Of a DNA stretch of 64,000 nucleotides, positions 49,402 through 58,340 are shown in pieces. Under the pieces are notes generated by a model that was not told the origin of the DNA, ran no database searches, and worked only from the letters and a program-made list of their open reading frames with translations. The number at the start of each line of letters is the position of its first letter. Within the stretch, counting starts at the first letter, position 1. The stretch lies in the NCBI GenBank assembly GCA_035466435.1, contig DATIUW010000300.1, positions 911-64,910 on the forward strand, given 5' to 3'. This DNA comes from Polyangiales bacterium. Its GTDB lineage: Bacteria > Myxococcota_A > Polyangia > Polyangiales > Houyiibacteriaceae. A program made the translations under genes and the position numbers.

Positions 49402-51795
49402 TTGGGCGCACATGAAACCACCTCTTCGGGCGACCTGGCGGCGCCGGAGGGTCGGCGGCAGGACGTGCTTGCGATCCTGACCCTGACCGCAACCGTGCTG
49501 CTGACGCTTGCCCTCATCTCATACGACGCTCGCAATGGCGGCGCCAATTTGGTGGGGCCGGTCGGCCATCGCTTGGCCAAAGCGGTCATGATGGCCTTTG
49601 GGCTGGTCGCGTGGTTCTTGCCGCTCGAGGGGGCTCTGCTGACCGTCCGCCTCTTTCGCCGCCGCTCGGCGTTGCTCGGACTGGCGACGATCGCTTCGAC
49701 TCTCGTGCTGGTGGTCATCGGCGCGGCGCTCGCCCACTTGTTGATCGAGCCGCGCGCCGTCTGGGGCGCCTCCCCGGGGGGCGCGGTCGGGGAGCTGCTG
49801 GGCGAGGTGCTCCGTTCCCTTTTGGGCTTCTACGGAACCGTGATCATCGGATTCGCGGTCGTGGGAACCGCGGTGATTCTGCGTACGCCCTGGACGCTCG
49901 AGGAAGTCGTGCAGGCCTTCACCCGCGCGGCGCACGCGGTATGGGCGAAGGCGCGCGGCCTGGTGGTGGCGCTGCGAGAGGCCTGGGCCGAGGCGCGCGA
50001 GATCCATGAAGAGGAGATCCGCACGAGTCAGCCCCGCATCATGGGCGTGCGTCTAGACGAAGACGACGACGGGGACGAAGAGGAGGACGGAGACTGGGAC
50101 GACGTCGACGAAGGAGAGGAACCGAACGCCATTGCGCGCGCCTTCGGCTCTCTGACCTCGCGAAAAACCAAAGCTCCTTCCCTTTCGCAGGGTCCCACCA
50201 TCGTGGCGCCGAAGGAAACGAAGCAGAAGCCGCTCGCCATTTCGACGCGCTCGAAGCGCGGCCATCGCGACTTCCACCTTCCATCGACGGAGCTCTTGGA
50301 CGAGCCCGATGCGTCCGTCATCCACGTCGATGCGGACGCGCTGCGGGAAAACGCCGAGCTTCTGACCGAAAAGCTCGCGGCGTACGGCGTCCGCGGCCGG
50401 GTGGACGAGATTCATCCGGGGCCGGTCGTCACGATGTACGAGTTCGAGCCGCAGAGCGGTACCAAAGTATCGAAAATCGCAGGGCTGGCCGATGACCTCG
50501 CCATGGCATTGGCTGCGCAGAAGGTTCGTATCGTCGCACCGATTGCCGGTAAGGCCCGTGTTGGATTCGAGCTGCCCAACGAAACCCGACAAACGGTCCA
50601 CCTTCGCGAGATCCTCGAAGACCGGCGATGGGAAAAGCACGCGGGTGCGCTACCCATTGCGCTCGGCAAGGACATCGCAGGGCAACCGGTCTACGCCGAC
50701 CTTTCGCGGATGCCGCATCTACTCGTCGCGGGCGCCACGGGGTCGGGCAAGAGCGTTGCGCTCAACGTGATGCTGACGTCGATCCTCGCGAAAAAGACCC
50801 CCGAAGAGGTTCGGATGCTCATGATCGACCCGAAAGTGGTCGAGCTCCAGGTGTTCGACGGAATCCCTCACATGCTGCTGCCGGTCGTGACCGACATGAA
50901 GAAAGCGGCGCTCGCGCTTCGTTGGGCCGTCGACGAGATGGAACGGCGCTATCAGCTTTTCGCAGATGCGGGGACGCGGAGCATCGACACCTACAACCGG
51001 CGGGTGGATCGCGTGCTTCGGGGCGACATGTCGGTCGAGAAATTCATGCCCAAACGAAAGGGCAAGGTCAGCGCGCAGGACGAAAACGGCCAGGAGATCC
51101 TGCTCGATCCGGTCGAGGGCGAGATGGCCGACGCGGAAAGCTTCACGCCCGAGAAGCTGCCGTACGTCGTGGCCGTCGTCGACGAGTTCGCAGACCTGAT
51201 GATGGTCGCCGCGAAAGACGTCGAGACTTGCATCGCCCGGCTGGCGCAAAAAGCACGTGCCGCTGGCATCCACGTCATCTTGGCGACACAGCGCCCGAGC
51301 GTCGACGTGATCACGGGAATGATCAAAGCGAACTTCCCTGCGCGAGTCGCGTTCAAGGTGTCGCAGCGGCAGGACTCGATGACCATTCTCGGCCGCTCCG
51401 GTGCGGAGCACCTCCTCGGCATGGGAGACATGCTGATGATCCCGCCCGGCGCGAGCGATCTGCAACGCGTCCACGCGGCTTTCGTGAGCGAGGATGAAGT
51501 GAGAGCCGTCTGCGACTATCTGCGCGAGCAGGGCGACCCCGAGTACCGCGAGGAGATTCTCAAGCCGCGTGACGACGACGGCATGGGCAGTGAAAGCGAC
51601 GACCCGCTCTATGACCAGGCCGTGGCCGTGGTGGCGAACGCCGGGTATTGCTCGATCAGTCACGTACAGCGTCAGCTCAGCGTGGGGTACAACAAGGCTG
51701 CCAAGCTCGTCGAGCGCATGGAGCAAGAGGGCGTCGTGGGACCGCCGAGCTCCAAAGCTGGCGGACGGCGCGAGGTCTTGGTCGGCCCGATGTAG
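49402..51795 (+). CDS. ftsK: DNA translocase FtsK
   Basis: It has N-terminal TM helices and an acidic linker. Motor motifs are Walker A (GATGSGKSV) and Walker B (VVAVVDEFADLMM). A C-terminal gamma winged helix is present (YCSISHVQRQLSVGYNKAAKLVERME). The TTG start at 49402 lies 8 nt after a perfect AGGAGG (49388-49393). Confidence 0.95.
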   Translation: MGAHETTSSGDLAAPEGRRQDVLAILTLTATVLLTLALISYDARNGGANLVGPVGHRLAKAVMMAFGLVAWFLPLEGALLTVRLFRRRSALLGLATIASTLVLVVIGAALAHLLIEPRAVWGASPGGAVGELLGEVLRSLLGFYGTVIIGFAVVGTAVILRTPWTLEEVVQAFTRAAHAVWAKARGLVVALREAWAEAREIHEEEIRTSQPRIMGVRLDEDDDGDEEEDGDWDDVDEGEEPNAIARAFGSLTSRKTKAPSLSQGPTIVAPKETKQKPLAISTRSKRGHRDFHLPSTELLDEPDASVIHVDADALRENAELLTEKLAAYGVRGRVDEIHPGPVVTMYEFEPQSGTKVSKIAGLADDLAMALAAQKVRIVAPIAGKARVGFELPNETRQTVHLREILEDRRWEKHAGALPIALGKDIAGQPVYADLSRMPHLLVAGATGSGKSVALNVMLTSILAKKTPEEVRMLMIDPKVVELQVFDGIPHMLLPVVTDMKKAALALRWAVDEMERRYQLFADAGTRSIDTYNRRVDRVLRGDMSVEKFMPKRKGKVSAQDENGQEILLDPVEGEMADAESFTPEKLPYVVAVVDEFADLMMVAAKDVETCIARLAQKARAAGIHVILATQRPSVDVITGMIKANFPARVAFKVSQRQDSMTILGRSGAEHLLGMGDMLMIPPGASDLQRVHAAFVSEDEVRAVCDYLREQGDPEYREEILKPRDDDGMGSESDDPLYDQAVAVVANAGYCSISHVQRQLSVGYNKAAKLVERMEQEGVVGPPSSKAGGRREVLVGPM

Positions 51796-51798
51796 ACG

Positions 51799-53097
51799 GT
51801 GGCACCGGCGCGTGACCTGGACTACCTCCCCCGTCTGGACGCCGCATCCAAAGACCGCACTTTCCGCCGCAACCTCATCGTCTACACGGTGGCGAGCGGG
51901 ATGGGAAGCCTCGTTCACTTGGCGCACTTGCTGTGGACCCACTTGCTCGATCAAGCGGACTACGGTCGATTCGCCATCCTCGAAGGCGTCGTCTTCGGCT
52001 TCGCTGCGTCTACGGTGACGTTGGCGCCGCAGCAATACATCCTGGTGCACGTTCACAAGAAGCCGCAATCCGAGCTGGGCCAAGAGCTCGGCGGTCTCTT
52101 GATGCTGGCGCTGCTCGTCGGCGCCTCGACCGCGCTCGCGGTATGGGTCGCACCAGATTCGATGTCCGTCTTTCGGTCGGAGGGACTTCCTCGTTGGTCG
52201 ATTGCCGGTGTCATCGTGGCAGCGTCCCTCGCGACCGGTCGGATGATGGCGCAGTCGCTCAACGAAACGCTGAGCCGCCCCGCGCGGGCCGCGATGTGGT
52301 CGGATTTCGTCGATGGCACCCGTCCGTTCATCGCTCTGACGCTGTTCTTCGTGCTCGGTTGGACTTGGGAGGCGAGATGGGGTGGGCTCGTCGTCGCACA
52401 GGGCGGCGCGGGCCTTGCTGCGATCTGGATGTTGTCGCGCCAAGGCTGGCTTCGGCGTCCTCCGTCGTGGTCGACGCTCGAGGAACCGCTCCGTTTCTCG
52501 TTGCCGATGATCTTCGCCATGCTCGCGTACGTCGGCTATCAGAGCGCAGACCGGCTCTACGTCGCGCTCTGGAAAGGGATCGAAGCCGCGGGGCGATACG
52601 AGGCGGCCTATCGGGTCGCGTTGATCGTGAACACGGTCAACCTGGTGACCCTCAAGTCGTTCACGCCTCTCTTCTACTCCGCATTCGGCGCCGGCGACCG
52701 GGATGGTGCCCTCGCATTACTACGAAAGACGAGCCTGCGGGTTGGTTTGCTGGTCGCAGCGCTGGTGGTCCTGCTCCCGGGTCTCGTGTTCTACACGCCG
52801 ATCCTGGAGGAGTCGTATCGCAGCTCGCGCGAGGTGCTTTGGTCGATTCCGATTCTGTCCATGGGGCTCGGCTTCTTGGGCATCTCGTTCCTGTGGCAGA
52901 CCCCTCTGCTCGCTCGCGGAAAGGCCAGGACCGTGTCGGTCATCGCCGTGGGCGCTGCGCTGACGAACTTGGCTGCCGATGCGCTACTCGTTCCTTCCAT
53001 GGGTGAGCTAGGCGCCGCCTGGGGTACCTTCATCGCATTCGCCGTCATGCTCGCCGCCACCTTCGTCGCAACCAAGCGGAGCATCGAGCTCGGTTGA
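51799..53097 (+). CDS. MOP-superfamily polysaccharide/oligosaccharide flippase (Wzx-like)
   Basis: 432-aa protein with about 12 TM helices in the two-halves architecture typical of polysaccharide biosynthesis flippases. The GTG start is 3 nt after the ftsK stop. Confidence 0.7.
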   Translation: MAPARDLDYLPRLDAASKDRTFRRNLIVYTVASGMGSLVHLAHLLWTHLLDQADYGRFAILEGVVFGFAASTVTLAPQQYILVHVHKKPQSELGQELGGLLMLALLVGASTALAVWVAPDSMSVFRSEGLPRWSIAGVIVAASLATGRMMAQSLNETLSRPARAAMWSDFVDGTRPFIALTLFFVLGWTWEARWGGLVVAQGGAGLAAIWMLSRQGWLRRPPSWSTLEEPLRFSLPMIFAMLAYVGYQSADRLYVALWKGIEAAGRYEAAYRVALIVNTVNLVTLKSFTPLFYSAFGAGDRDGALALLRKTSLRVGLLVAALVVLLPGLVFYTPILEESYRSSREVLWSIPILSMGLGFLGISFLWQTPLLARGKARTVSVIAVGAALTNLAADALLVPSMGELGAAWGTFIAFAVMLAATFVATKRSIELG

Positions 53098-53100
53098 ATC

Positions 53101-53132
53101 CTTGCAACCGGTGATCGTTCGCGTTTTGCAAG
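53101..53132. promoter_or_regulatory. cTTGCAAc-N-tTTGCAAg repeat between the flippase stop and bioA start (candidate biotin operator)
   Basis: The arms CTTGCAA (53101-07) and TTGCAAG (53126-32) are inverted 7-mers. TTGCAA is self-complementary, so the pair can also be read as a direct repeat with 25-bp centre spacing. The element ends 10 nt before the bioA GTG. Confidence 0.35.
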
Positions 53133-53142
53133 CTGGGCCTCG

Positions 53143-54462
53143 GTGCAGCACAGTTGCTTGGTGACGCCCGAAGATGAGCTGATCGCGCTGGATCGCGCGT
53201 ACGTTTGGCGCCCTTACACGTCGAGCGAGGACCACGAGAACCGTCGCTTGCTCGTGGTCGAGCGGGCTCGCGGACCGTGGTTGATCACGCCCGATGGGCG
53301 CCGGGTCCTCGATGCGAGTGGGTCGTGGTGGTGCAACAACCTCGGCCACGGTCATCCGCGGCTTCGGAAGGCCATCAATCGTCAAGCCGAGCAACTCATG
53401 CATTGCACGTTCGCCGCGGCTACTCACGAGCCGGCCGTTCGTTTGGCGGCCGAGCTCGTCGACGTCGCGCCAGACGGCCTGCGCCGCGTCTTCTTCAGCG
53501 ACAACGGCTCGACCTCCGTCGAGGTCGCGCTGAAGATGGCCTTTCAATACTGGCAGCAAAACGGACGTCCGAGACGCAAGCGCTTCCTTTCACTGCCGGG
53601 CGCCTATCACGGCGACACCTTGGGCGCGATGAGCGCTGGTCGAGTGGACGCATTCAGCAGCGTGTTCCGACCGCTCCTGTTCGAGGTAGAACGCCCGCCG
53701 GAACCGGTCGACGGCCAGTGGGAACCGGTGTTCGACCGTCTACTCGAGATGATTCGAACGGGCGCCGAGGAGCTGGCTGGTGTCATCGTCGAGCCCGTGG
53801 TCCAAGGCGCAGCCGGAATGCGCATGTACCCTCCCGAGCTTCTGGCCGCCGTGCGTGAAGAGACGCAGCGAGCGGATATCTTCTTGATCGCCGACGAGGT
53901 GTTCACGGGCTTCGGAAGGACGGGCCCCATGTGGGCGAGCGAGCATGCGCGAGTTGCACCGGACCTACTCTGTACCGCCAAGGGGCTATCAGGCGGCATG
54001 CTGCCTTTCGCCGCGACGCTGGCCACCGATCGCATCTACGAGGGTTTTCGCGGCGACAAGAGCCGGGCGCTGATGCACGGACACACTTTCTGCGCCAATC
54101 CCTTGGGCGCCGCAGTCGCGCGCGAGGTTCTGGCGATCTATCGTGAAGAACGCATCCTCGAATCGGCAGCGCCCAAGGCTCGCAAGCTGGCAGCCGGGAT
54201 CGCCGCGATGACCGAGGTGGCGGGCGTCACTGCGCCGCGCGCGCTCGGGATGTGTGCGGCCTTCGAGGTCGGCGCGGCCGGCTACATGGGCACGCTCGGC
54301 TGGAGAATCTCGGATGTGGCTCTGGACTTGGGCGCACATCTGCGTCCGCTCGGGAACACGGTTTATCTCGTGCCTCCGCTCAACATCGAGGATGCCGACC
54401 TCGAACGGCTGCTCCAGGTCGTACGCGAATCCACCGAACGCGTGCTACGAACCACCCCGTGA
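53143..54462 (+). CDS. bioA: Adenosylmethionine-8-amino-7-oxononanoate aminotransferase
   Basis: It has BioA-type class III aminotransferase motifs (VWRPYTS, SWWCNNLGHGHP, DEVFTGFGRTG, PLP-lysine context TAKGLSGGMLP). Confidence 0.88.
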   Translation: MQHSCLVTPEDELIALDRAYVWRPYTSSEDHENRRLLVVERARGPWLITPDGRRVLDASGSWWCNNLGHGHPRLRKAINRQAEQLMHCTFAAATHEPAVRLAAELVDVAPDGLRRVFFSDNGSTSVEVALKMAFQYWQQNGRPRRKRFLSLPGAYHGDTLGAMSAGRVDAFSSVFRPLLFEVERPPEPVDGQWEPVFDRLLEMIRTGAEELAGVIVEPVVQGAAGMRMYPPELLAAVREETQRADIFLIADEVFTGFGRTGPMWASEHARVAPDLLCTAKGLSGGMLPFAATLATDRIYEGFRGDKSRALMHGHTFCANPLGAAVAREVLAIYREERILESAAPKARKLAAGIAAMTEVAGVTAPRALGMCAAFEVGAAGYMGTLGWRISDVALDLGAHLRPLGNTVYLVPPLNIEDADLERLLQVVRESTERVLRTTP

Positions 54463-56018
54463 GCAGCCCGAGCCACGCGGCGAGCAACCAGAGCTCCGCC
54501 CCTCGAGATCCGCGCAACGAAGCGTACGGTCTCGCGATCCTGGGCGGGGTGTTTTACTTTCTCGGCTGGGCTGGGTTTGGCATTTGGCCGCTGGCGCTGC
54601 TTTGCCTCGTTCCGCTTTGGGGCGCGCTCGAGCTGAGCCTCGAGCGCAGGTGGTGGCACAGTCTCGCCCTGGGCTGGCTCTACGGAACCGTCGCCTACGC
54701 CGGCGGGTACCACTGGCTGGTCGAATTCCTGAGGGTGTTCTCGGGATACGGCATGGCGGCCTGCATCCTGTTTTGGTTTCTCTTCGCCGTATATCTCGGC
54801 TTCAACTATGCGCTCTATGGCGGGATGTACTGGGCGCTCCGTCGGCGCGGTTGGCCTTCGGTCGCCGCCGCGATCCCGCCTTTGCTGCTGATCGAATGGC
54901 TCTATCCCGCTCTGTTTCCGACGTACCTAGGCAACAGCCTCCACACGTGGACGACGCTGGTGCAGGTCGCCGATCTGGGGGGAGTCTTGCTGGTCACGCT
55001 CTTGGCTGCGCTCGTCAATCTCTCGTTATTCGAGAGTTGGCGTTGGTGGCGCCGGCAGCGGAGCGCACCCGTACGTCTGGTCGGCATCAGCGCAACCCTG
55101 ATCGCCTTGGCGGCGGTCTACGGCACCGTACGCATTCACCAGCTCGAAGCCAAAATGGAAGGCGCGCCGGTGCTCCGAATCGGCATCGTGCAGGTCAACA
55201 TGGGCATCTTCGAAAAGCGCGCCGAAGCAGTCGAGGGGCATCGACGGCACCTCGAGCAGAGCCGTGAGCTCGAAGAAGGCGGCGACCTGGACCTGATCGT
55301 GTGGCCGGAGTCGGCCTACGTAGATGGGCTTCCGCGCCAGCTTCCTTCGTACGCAGAGCGAGTACGGCGGGACCTGGAGACGCCGCTCTTGTTTGGTGGG
55401 ATATCCACCGAGATGGTCGATGGTAAGCGCGAGGTTTACAACACCGTCTTCCTCGTGACCGAAGAGGGGTTCATTCGGTCGAGCTACGACAAGACCTACT
55501 TGCTGATGTTCGGCGAGTACCTTCCCTTCGGTGACCTCTTTCCGATCCTCTACGAGCTCTCCCCCAACAGCAGTCGGTTCACGGCGGGAAGCCACGTGAG
55601 GCCGTTGGTCCTCGGATCGTGGCGCATCTCGACACCGGTTTGCTACGAAGACGTGCTCGCTCGCTTCACACGTAGGATGGTGCGCGAGGCCGATCCGCAC
55701 GTGCTGATCAACCTGACCAACGACGCTTGGTTCGGCGACACGCAAGAACCCTGGATCCACTTGGTGCTGGCCAAGTACCGGGCCATCGAGCATCGCCGGT
55801 ACTTGGTGCGTTCGACCAACAGCGGGATCAGCGCGGTGGTCGATCCAGTAGGGCGCGTGGTTGCCAGAACCGGTCTGCTCACCCGCGAGAACCTCCACTA
55901 CGAGGTGCACATGCTAGACGAGGACACCGTCTACACCATGCTCGGAGACTGGCCCGGCTGGCTGAGCCTCTTGATGATCGCCTTGATGGTCATCACTCGT
56001 CGAGGCCGGGAGCGATGA
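54459..56018 (+). CDS. lnt: Apolipoprotein N-acyltransferase
   Basis: It has N-terminal TM helices and a C-N hydrolase domain with the Glu/Lys/Cys triad contexts (IVWPESA, YDKTYLLMFGEYLP, STPVCYEDV). The GTG at 54459 overlaps the bioA stop (GTGA). The track start at 54252 would overlap bioA by 210 nt. Confidence 0.85.
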   Translation: MSSPSHAASNQSSAPRDPRNEAYGLAILGGVFYFLGWAGFGIWPLALLCLVPLWGALELSLERRWWHSLALGWLYGTVAYAGGYHWLVEFLRVFSGYGMAACILFWFLFAVYLGFNYALYGGMYWALRRRGWPSVAAAIPPLLLIEWLYPALFPTYLGNSLHTWTTLVQVADLGGVLLVTLLAALVNLSLFESWRWWRRQRSAPVRLVGISATLIALAAVYGTVRIHQLEAKMEGAPVLRIGIVQVNMGIFEKRAEAVEGHRRHLEQSRELEEGGDLDLIVWPESAYVDGLPRQLPSYAERVRRDLETPLLFGGISTEMVDGKREVYNTVFLVTEEGFIRSSYDKTYLLMFGEYLPFGDLFPILYELSPNSSRFTAGSHVRPLVLGSWRISTPVCYEDVLARFTRRMVREADPHVLINLTNDAWFGDTQEPWIHLVLAKYRAIEHRRYLVRSTNSGISAVVDPVGRVVARTGLLTRENLHYEVHMLDEDTVYTMLGDWPGWLSLLMIALMVITRRGRER

Positions 56019-57720
56019 GCAACTCGTAGCTCCCATCTTCGCGCGAAGTGGCTTCCGCAATCTGAATGCGGCGCGACTCGCCACCGTCGTCGATCACCAC
56101 GTAGCCACGAATCAACGCACCGGCGGCCGGGGTGCCATCGCTGGCCCGGACGAATCCCCGCAGAGGAATCGGCGGTACGAGCCGGTAGGAGCGTGTCAGA
56201 TCCCCGCGGTCGACGTCGATGGACAGATTCCTCTCGATCAACCAGGCAAACCCGGTTTCGGAAGGCACCCTGACCTGCATGTCGTAGATTCCTTCGTCGA
56301 CGGTCATGGCGAAGGCGCCGATCGAATTCGACACCACTTCCTGCGATCGATGCATCGCGATCGAGTCGCCATCCGACCGGGCGCGGGCGACGATGGTCAC
56401 GCCGGGTGCGGTTTCGTCCCGAAACGTGGTCACCCAACCTCGGAGCCCGACTTGTGGAGGCACGATCAAGGCTTCGGTGGCGGTGACCTGGTCACCGACC
56501 AAGGGCGCCTCCGTGACCAAGACTCCCCAGTTGTTCTCGACGTCGACCGGCGGAGTCACGCTGATCGTGTAGTAGCCCGGCAGGAGCTCGACGTCGAAGT
56601 TGCCGTCCTCGTTCGTGGTTGCCGAACCACTGAACGAGCCCTCGAGCCCGAGTTGGCTTCCACCGAAGATTCCAGTCGACAAGAACCGCACGGTCGCTCC
56701 GGGCACTGCGGCATCGTTCGCATCCCGCACCCTCCCTGTGAACCGGACGGGAGGGAGGCGAGGAATGTAGATGAACTTGGTCTCGGATTGATTTGCGAAC
56801 ACCACCTCGGGATCGATGGACACGGCGGGGAAGGGCGCACGACCCACGCTCGAGGTGATGCGAATCCAATAGTCGGTCGCTGTGTCGCTGATGCGAATCG
56901 CCACTCGACCGCTTTCGTCGGTTTCCCCGATCGACGAGACGACCCGTCCCGTCTCCATCTCGATGGCCCGAACCTGAAGCCCTGCTTCGGGAATCGCTGC
57001 GAGACCGTCGACGCTGAGCACCTGGGCCTCGAGCGTGCATCCCGTGTCCTGTGCGGTCGTGCACGGGCTCGCGAGATCGCTCGGAAACTCGATGTCGAAG
57101 CGGAAGGGCTCGCCGGGATCCGCATCGTCGATCGCGAGCTGCAGATAGAGAGGCGGCAAGCTTCGAAGCGCAGGAGCGGAGGCCTCTCCCGTGTCCTCCA
57201 TCACCATGTCCGTGCTCGGCAGCACGACGACGTCGTACGTTTCGTGAGCCACCAGAACGGCGCTGAAATCGAAGCTGGTCAGGCCGTCCACACCCCCCTC
57301 TTGTCTCAACGTTCGTGCTTCGACCGGGACGGGGGTGAGTGACTGCACGGGCCCATCCATGCGTCGGACGAAGCGCAGGGTGGCAGGAATGCGCAAGTCG
57401 TTCCAACGCACCGAGCCCCGAACCTGCCGGGTTGGCGGCAAATCGAGATCTCGCACCGTGGCGCCGGAGGCGGGCTCGGCCGCGAACGCCCAACTCGCCG
57501 GCGTCAGGCCCCAGACGTCAGACGAGCTACGCAAGACCTCGATTGCAACGTCGACGGACGCGCCCGAATCGTCGATGCAGATCCGATCACTGCAGACGCC
57601 CTGCTCGCAATCGCTATCGCCGGCGCACGAGTTGTCGATGACCAACGCCATCTCTGAGGAGCTGAAGCTACAGCCGGCGATGACGAACGAGAGGAGAGCC
57701 GAGAGCCTAGTCATCGACAC
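55993..57720 (-). CDS. Lipoprotein with repeated carboxypeptidase-regulatory-like / Ig-like beta-sandwich domains
   Basis: It has a lipobox (LSALLSFVIAGC) and a Cys-rich N-terminal segment. Repeated modules of the type G.V.D..G.P..GA.V follow (GRVRDANDAAVPGATVRF, GFVRASDGTPAAGALIRG). Its 3' end overlaps lnt by 26 nt. Confidence 0.6.
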   Translation of the reverse strand: MSMTRLSALLSFVIAGCSFSSSEMALVIDNSCAGDSDCEQGVCSDRICIDDSGASVDVAIEVLRSSSDVWGLTPASWAFAAEPASGATVRDLDLPPTRQVRGSVRWNDLRIPATLRFVRRMDGPVQSLTPVPVEARTLRQEGGVDGLTSFDFSAVLVAHETYDVVVLPSTDMVMEDTGEASAPALRSLPPLYLQLAIDDADPGEPFRFDIEFPSDLASPCTTAQDTGCTLEAQVLSVDGLAAIPEAGLQVRAIEMETGRVVSSIGETDESGRVAIRISDTATDYWIRITSSVGRAPFPAVSIDPEVVFANQSETKFIYIPRLPPVRFTGRVRDANDAAVPGATVRFLSTGIFGGSQLGLEGSFSGSATTNEDGNFDVELLPGYYTISVTPPVDVENNWGVLVTEAPLVGDQVTATEALIVPPQVGLRGWVTTFRDETAPGVTIVARARSDGDSIAMHRSQEVVSNSIGAFAMTVDEGIYDMQVRVPSETGFAWLIERNLSIDVDRGDLTRSYRLVPPIPLRGFVRASDGTPAAGALIRGYVVIDDGGESRRIQIAEATSREDGSYELLIAPGLDE

Positions 57721-58262
57721 TCCTGCACGATCACTGGATCGTTGTCATCGACGACTTCGACCCACCAGGTGGCTTCATCGAGGTCGCCCGGCTCTACCGG
57801 TCGCCTCGGCTCCACGAAGTTCGCGAACTGCCCCACGACCACCAGCTCGATCTTGTGGCAGATACCAGGAGAAAGGAGCTCATGGGGAATCGCGAACTCG
57901 GAGTCGCGCTCCAGCGAGCCGCTCGCATCGATGTCTCCGGAGAAGATGGGAAACTCCGACGCGGGCGGGGGCGGAGAGTCGAGGAAGATTCGATACTCCA
58001 GGGTCTGGTCGAAGTTCGGGTCCCGCACGATCACTTGGAGCGGCATTTCCATTCGCTCCACGGGGTCGTCGAGATTGATCTGTCCAATCGCGTTCAGCGG
58101 AAAGTCGGCATTCGGCTGACTGACGATCGATGGAGGGAAGTTTTCGTCGGGCTGGAACTCGATCGTGTCCGTGGCAATGCATCCGCCCACGAGGGCGCAA
58201 GCCGACAACGCCGCACCTGAAGCGAAGAAAAGCATTCTCAAAACGTGGAAAGCAAAGCTCAT
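57711..58262 (-). CDS. Hypothetical lipoprotein (single beta-sandwich-like domain)
   Basis: It has a signal peptide and lipobox-like sequence (FFASGAALSACALVGGC). It is 183 aa and overlaps the downstream lipoprotein start by 10 nt. Confidence 0.5.
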   Translation of the reverse strand: MSFAFHVLRMLFFASGAALSACALVGGCIATDTIEFQPDENFPPSIVSQPNADFPLNAIGQINLDDPVERMEMPLQVIVRDPNFDQTLEYRIFLDSPPPPASEFPIFSGDIDASGSLERDSEFAIPHELLSPGICHKIELVVVGQFANFVEPRRPVEPGDLDEATWWVEVVDDNDPVIVQECR

Positions 58263-58340
58263 GCCGCTACGTCAGGCCCGAAAACACTATGGTTTTTCCG
58301 AGTGTTCCACGAAAATCGGGGCATCGCTATGACATGAATG

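Noticed and set aside
50719-52443. 574-aa minus-strand ORF antisense to ftsK and the flippase
   Set aside because: It is an antisense shadow across two well-supported plus-strand genes. The composition is Arg/His/Asp-rich.
58263-58340. Looked for a sigma-54 promoter or a terminator between the sigma-54 activator and the downstream lipoprotein genes
   Set aside because: On the minus strand only TGGAAC is present, with no TTGC or GC at the -12 register. The only hairpin is a weak 6-bp AACACT/AGTGTT stem with a 12-nt loop. Neither is good enough to call.
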